64,000 bases of DNA. It comes from Candidatus Tectimicrobiota bacterium (GTDB taxonomy: Bacteria; JACPUC01). The stretch covers positions 124,001 to 188,000 of the forward strand of contig JACPUC010000006.1 in assembly GCA_016192455.1 (NCBI GenBank), read 5' to 3'. The notes under the pieces were generated by a model. That model was not told the DNA's origin. It searched no databases and saw only the letters and a list, made by a program, of their open reading frames with translations. This document shows positions 60,211 to 64,000 of the stretch, piece by piece; within the stretch, counting starts at the first letter, position 1, and every line of letters begins with the position of its first letter. Made by a program: the position numbers and the translations under genes.

Positions 60211-61626
60211 ATGTCGCACGGGACGCTCTATGACAAAGTCTGGGAGCGGCACAAGGTCGCCACCCTCCCCACCGGGCAGGACCAGATTTTCATCGGGCTG
60301 CACCTCATCCACGAGGTGACGAGCCCCGCCGCCTTCGGCATGCTGCGCGAGGAGGGCCGCCACGTGGCCTTTCCCCAGCGCACCTTCGCCACCACCGACC
60401 ACATCATCCCGACGACGAGCGCGCGGCGCCCCTTCGCCGATCCGCAGGCGGAAGGCCTCCTTGCGGTGCTTGAGGAGAGCGTGGCGGCGAACGGCATCGA
60501 GTTCTTCGGTCTCGACTCCGGCAGCCAGGGCATCGTCCACGTCATCGGTCCGGAGCTCGGCCTCAGCCAGCCCGGCATGACGATCGCCTGCGGCGACAGC
60601 CACACGAGCACCCACGGCGCCTTCGGGGCCATCGCCATGGGCATCGGCACGACGCAGATCCGCCACGTCCTGGAGACGCAGACCCTGGCCCTCGACCGGC
60701 TGAAGGTGCGCCGCCTTGACGTCAACGGCGAGCTGCGTCCCGGCGTCACCGCGAAGGATGTCATTCTCGCCATCATCAACCGCCTGGGCGTGGGCGGCGG
60801 CAAGGGCTACGCCTACGAGTACGGCGGCTCCGCCGTCGAGCGCATGGACATGGAGGCGCGCCTCACCCTCTGCAACATGAGCATCGAGGGGGGCGCCCTG
60901 AACGGCTACGTCAACCCCGATGAGGTGACCTTCGCCTACCTGCGGGGGAGGCGGTATGCGCCGCGGGGCGCGGCCTTCGAGCGCGCCGTCGCCTACTGGC
61001 GCTCCGTCGCTTCCGATTCGACGGCGACGTACGACGACCGGGTGCGCTTCGATGCCGCGATCCTCGAGCCGATGGTCACCTGGGGCATCAACCCCGGCCA
61101 GTCCGTCGGCGTCACCCAGCGGCTGCCGGAGATTGCGGCCCTGGCCGAGGAGGAGCGTCGCGGCGCGGAGGCCGCCTACCGGCACATGAAGCTGCGGCCG
61201 GGGGATCCCATCCTCGGCACCCCCATCGATGTCGCCTTCATCGGCTCCTGCACGAACGGCCGCATTACCGACCTGCGCGCGGCGGCGGCGGTCTTCAAGG
61301 GACGCAAGGTGGCGGCCGGCGTCACGGTCCTGGTGGTGCCCGGGTCGCAGGCGGTGAATCGGCAGGCGGAGGAGGAGGGGCTGCCCGAGGTCTTCCGGGC
61401 GGCGGGCGCCGAGTGGCGTGGGCCGGGGTGCTCCATGTGCCTGGGAATGAATCCGGACAAGCTTGTCGGCGAGCAGATCTGCGCCTCCTCCTCGAACCGC
61501 AACTTCATCGGCCGTCAGGGCAGCCCGCGCGGCCGCACTCTCCTCATGAGCCCAGCCATGGCGGCGGCGGCCGCCGTGACGGGGAAGATCACCGACGTGC
61601 GCACGCTGGAGCGGGAACCATCATGA
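60211..61626 (+). CDS. leuC: 3-isopropylmalate dehydratase large subunit
   Basis: [52 protein letters not shown]. Confidence 0.97.
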   Translation: MSHGTLYDKVWERHKVATLPTGQDQIFIGLHLIHEVTSPAAFGMLREEGRHVAFPQRTFATTDHIIPTTSARRPFADPQAEGLLAVLEESVAANGIEFFGLDSGSQGIVHVIGPELGLSQPGMTIACGDSHTSTHGAFGAIAMGIGTTQIRHVLETQTLALDRLKVRRLDVNGELRPGVTAKDVILAIINRLGVGGGKGYAYEYGGSAVERMDMEARLTLCNMSIEGGALNGYVNPDEVTFAYLRGRRYAPRGAAFERAVAYWRSVASDSTATYDDRVRFDAAILEPMVTWGINPGQSVGVTQRLPEIAALAEEERRGAEAAYRHMKLRPGDPILGTPIDVAFIGSCTNGRITDLRAAAAVFKGRKVAAGVTVLVVPGSQAVNRQAEEEGLPEVFRAAGAEWRGPGCSMCLGMNPDKLVGEQICASSSNRNFIGRQGSPRGRTLLMSPAMAAAAAVTGKITDVRTLEREPS

Positions 61627-62237
61627 CCACCGAGCCGCAACGGATCATCGAGATCATGGGGAGAGCCGTCCCCCTGCGCGAGGACAACGTCGATACCGAC
61701 CGCATCACCCCCGCCGTCGCCCTCATGGAGCCGACCTTCGACAACATGGCGGCCTACCTCTTCCGCGACGCCAGGAAGAGCGATCCCCGGCACCCGCTGA
61801 ATGATCCGAAGTACCAGGGCGCCACCCTCCTCGTCGTCGGCAAGAACTTCGGCAGCGGCTCCTCCCGCGAGTCGGCGCCGCAGGCGATCACGCGCGCCGG
61901 CTTCCGGGCCCTCATCGGCGAGTCGTTCGCCGAGATCTTCGCCGGCAACTGCAACGTCCTGGGCATCCCCGCGGTGGTGGCCTCCCACGAGGCGATCGCG
62001 CTCCTCTTCGCCGCCGCCGAGCGCCGCCCGGAGACGCTGTACCGCCTCAACCTGGAAACGAAGACCCTCACCTTCGAGGCGGACGGCGGCATGCAGCGGC
62101 TCGCCATCGACCTCGCCGAGCCGCGGCGCGTCGCTCTGCTGAGCGGGAGCTGGAATTCCCTCGCCATGCTGCAGGCGAATGAGGCCCGCGTGCGCCAGGT
62201 GGCGGCGGCCCTCCCCTACATGAACGAGTTCCGCTAG
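61623..62237 (+). CDS. leuD: 3-isopropylmalate dehydratase small subunit
   Basis: NVDTD.I.P, NFG.GSSRE.APQA, SFAEIF.GN; ATGA overlap with leuC. Confidence 0.95.
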   Translation: MTTEPQRIIEIMGRAVPLREDNVDTDRITPAVALMEPTFDNMAAYLFRDARKSDPRHPLNDPKYQGATLLVVGKNFGSGSSRESAPQAITRAGFRALIGESFAEIFAGNCNVLGIPAVVASHEAIALLFAAAERRPETLYRLNLETKTLTFEADGGMQRLAIDLAEPRRVALLSGSWNSLAMLQANEARVRQVAAALPYMNEFR

Positions 62238-62351
62238 CGCCGTGGCTGTCGCCCTTGGCAGCCGTGGTGGCGGTACCGGACCTGGGAAGCCGTCCGCGCG
62301 GCCACGGAGAGGGTTTTGGGGCCGAGCGGCTGGACCGCGGGGGGAGAGACC

Positions 62352-63989
62352 ATGCCCATCATCCTGGAGGTGCCGGATTCGTACCAAGAGTTTCGCGCCA
62401 GCGGCGCCTGGCTGGGCAAGACGCTGCACGCCTGCATCGACGAGTGGGCCGCGAGCCAGCCGGGCAGCGAGGCGGTCGTCTCACCGCGGGCGCGCCTCAC
62501 GTACAGTGCCCTCGCCGAGCGGAGCCGGCAGCTCGCGGCGGGCTTCCAGGAGATCGGCATCGGCCGCGGCGACGTCGTCTCCCTCCTCATCCCGAACCTC
62601 GTCGAGTTCAGCCTCATCCACGTTGCCCTCTCCCGCCTCGGCGCCGTCATCAACCCTCTCTACCTCGCCTTCCGCGAGCGCGAGGTGACGCAGTTCGTCA
62701 ACCTCGCCGAGTCCAAGGTAATCATCGCGGCGCCGAGCTACGGCGGCTTCGACTACGCCGGCATGCTGCGCACCCTACGGCCGCGGCTCCCCAGCGTCGA
62801 GCACCTCGTCGCCGTGGGGGCCGCCCTCGGCCAGGCCACCCCCGCCGGCTTCCTCGACCTGCGGCAGGTCATCGAGCGCGGCGGCCGCGCGGCGGACTTC
62901 CCCGACCCGCCGGTGAGCGCCGCTGAGCCGTTCTCCCTCTTCTTCACCTCCGGCAGCACCGGCGAGCCGAAGGGGGTAGTGCACCTGCACGACGCCCCGC
63001 TCAGCAACGCCGCGCACCTCATGCGCGCCTGGGCCTCCGACACGAGCGAGGTGATCCTGGGTCAGGCGCCCTACGGCTTCGCCTTCGGCGCCTACATCGC
63101 CTACTGCAGCCTCGTCGCGGGCGCCAAACTCGTGGTCCTCGAAGCCTTCACTCCGGAGGCGTACGCCCGCCTCGTGCAGGAGGAGCGCGTCACCTACACC
63201 TTCGGCGGGCCGACCCAGGTCCACATGGTGCTCGAGCAGCGGCTGCAGGAACGCTACGACTTCTCCAGCCTCAGGAAGTACCTCATCGGCGGCACGATCT
63301 CGCCACCCGAGTTGATCCGCGAGGCCGCGGCGAAGCTCGAGTGCTATCCTATCGCGCTCTGGGGGATGACGGAGACCTACGGCGGCCTCCATACCTCGTT
63401 TGGCGATCCCCCCGAGTTTGCCGCCACCTCCGTGGGCCGGCCCGCCTTCGGCAACGAGATCATGATTGCCGACGATCGGGGCGCGGAGCTGCCGCCGGGC
63501 GAGGTGGGCGAGCTCCTCTGCCGCGGCGCCATCCTCTTCCACTCCTACCACCAGCGGCCCGATCTCACCCGCGCCAGCTTCAGCAGCACCGCGCGCGGCG
63601 ACGGCTGGTTCCACACCGGCGACCTGGCGTGCCTGGATAGGGCTGGCAATGTGCGCATCGTCTCGCGCCTGAAGGACATGATCAACCGGGGCGGCGCCAA
63701 GGTCTACCCGGCGGAGGTCGAAACCCTCCTGAGCCGCCACCCGAGGATCGCCCAGGCCGCCATGGTGGGCATGCCGGACGAGCGCCTCGGCGAGCGCGCC
63801 TGTCTCTTCGTCACCACCCGCGACGCCGCCCCCCTCGGCCTCGACGAGGTGGTGGCCTTCCTGCGCGCCCAACGCATCGCCAGCTACAAGCTCCCCGAGC
63901 GCCTCGAGGTGATCGACCGCATGCCCCTCAACCCCGCCGCCAAGCTCGATAAGCAGGCCCTGCGCGCGCGCCTCCTGCCGCCGACCTAG
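62352..63989 (+). CDS. AMP-forming acyl-CoA/aryl-CoA ligase
   Basis: FTSGSTGEPKG, WGMTE, FHTGD, R.KD.I.RGG, PDERLGE, YKLPE, K.DK. Confidence 0.93.
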   Translation: MPIILEVPDSYQEFRASGAWLGKTLHACIDEWAASQPGSEAVVSPRARLTYSALAERSRQLAAGFQEIGIGRGDVVSLLIPNLVEFSLIHVALSRLGAVINPLYLAFREREVTQFVNLAESKVIIAAPSYGGFDYAGMLRTLRPRLPSVEHLVAVGAALGQATPAGFLDLRQVIERGGRAADFPDPPVSAAEPFSLFFTSGSTGEPKGVVHLHDAPLSNAAHLMRAWASDTSEVILGQAPYGFAFGAYIAYCSLVAGAKLVVLEAFTPEAYARLVQEERVTYTFGGPTQVHMVLEQRLQERYDFSSLRKYLIGGTISPPELIREAAAKLECYPIALWGMTETYGGLHTSFGDPPEFAATSVGRPAFGNEIMIADDRGAELPPGEVGELLCRGAILFHSYHQRPDLTRASFSSTARGDGWFHTGDLACLDRAGNVRIVSRLKDMINRGGAKVYPAEVETLLSRHPRIAQAAMVGMPDERLGERACLFVTTRDAAPLGLDEVVAFLRAQRIASYKLPERLEVIDRMPLNPAAKLDKQALRARLLPPT

Positions 63990-64000
63990 GCAGTGCGGCG

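Overview
A very GC-rich chromosomal window from a diderm bacterium (BamD and an outer-membrane porin are present; the lineage cannot be fixed from this window). Left to right: (i) the 5' end of a stand-alone fusA and an Smr gene; (ii) a long minus-strand run (Rieske ferredoxin, TldD, PmbA, a COG2403 arginine-synthetase-like P-loop enzyme, carbamate kinase, two molybdopterin large subunits flanking a cNMP-binding protein, PolX-PHP, Nth, a family III CoA-transferase, a TMTC-like GT-C/TPR protein); (iii) a ~9 kb iron/redox island: an FTR1-DUF2318 fusion with a MacB-type ABC system behind an FNR-like box and a Fur-like box, then a second Fur-boxed promoter driving Tat-ApbE, a porin, an FMN-binding protein and a His-containing membrane protein, followed by a degenerate DUF151-like gene; (iv) transporters, tandem alpha/beta hydrolases, a HEAT-repeat protein, an hspR-sigma factor pair, a candidate structured RNA, bamD and chorismate mutase; (v) a cytochrome c maturation operon of the Cys-CcmE (System I*) type with two accessory genes; (vi) purQ, an ArnT-like gene, leuB, asd, a composite REP/repeat island, a DUF2520 gene, leuCD and an acyl-CoA ligase. 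No CRISPR array, tRNA, rRNA or transposase was seen. The best candidate for an undescribed system is the Fur/FNR-controlled iron island with its flavinylation-porin-heme module. All family assignments come from motif recognition by eye; no database search was run, and many start codons were re-picked from the ORF track.
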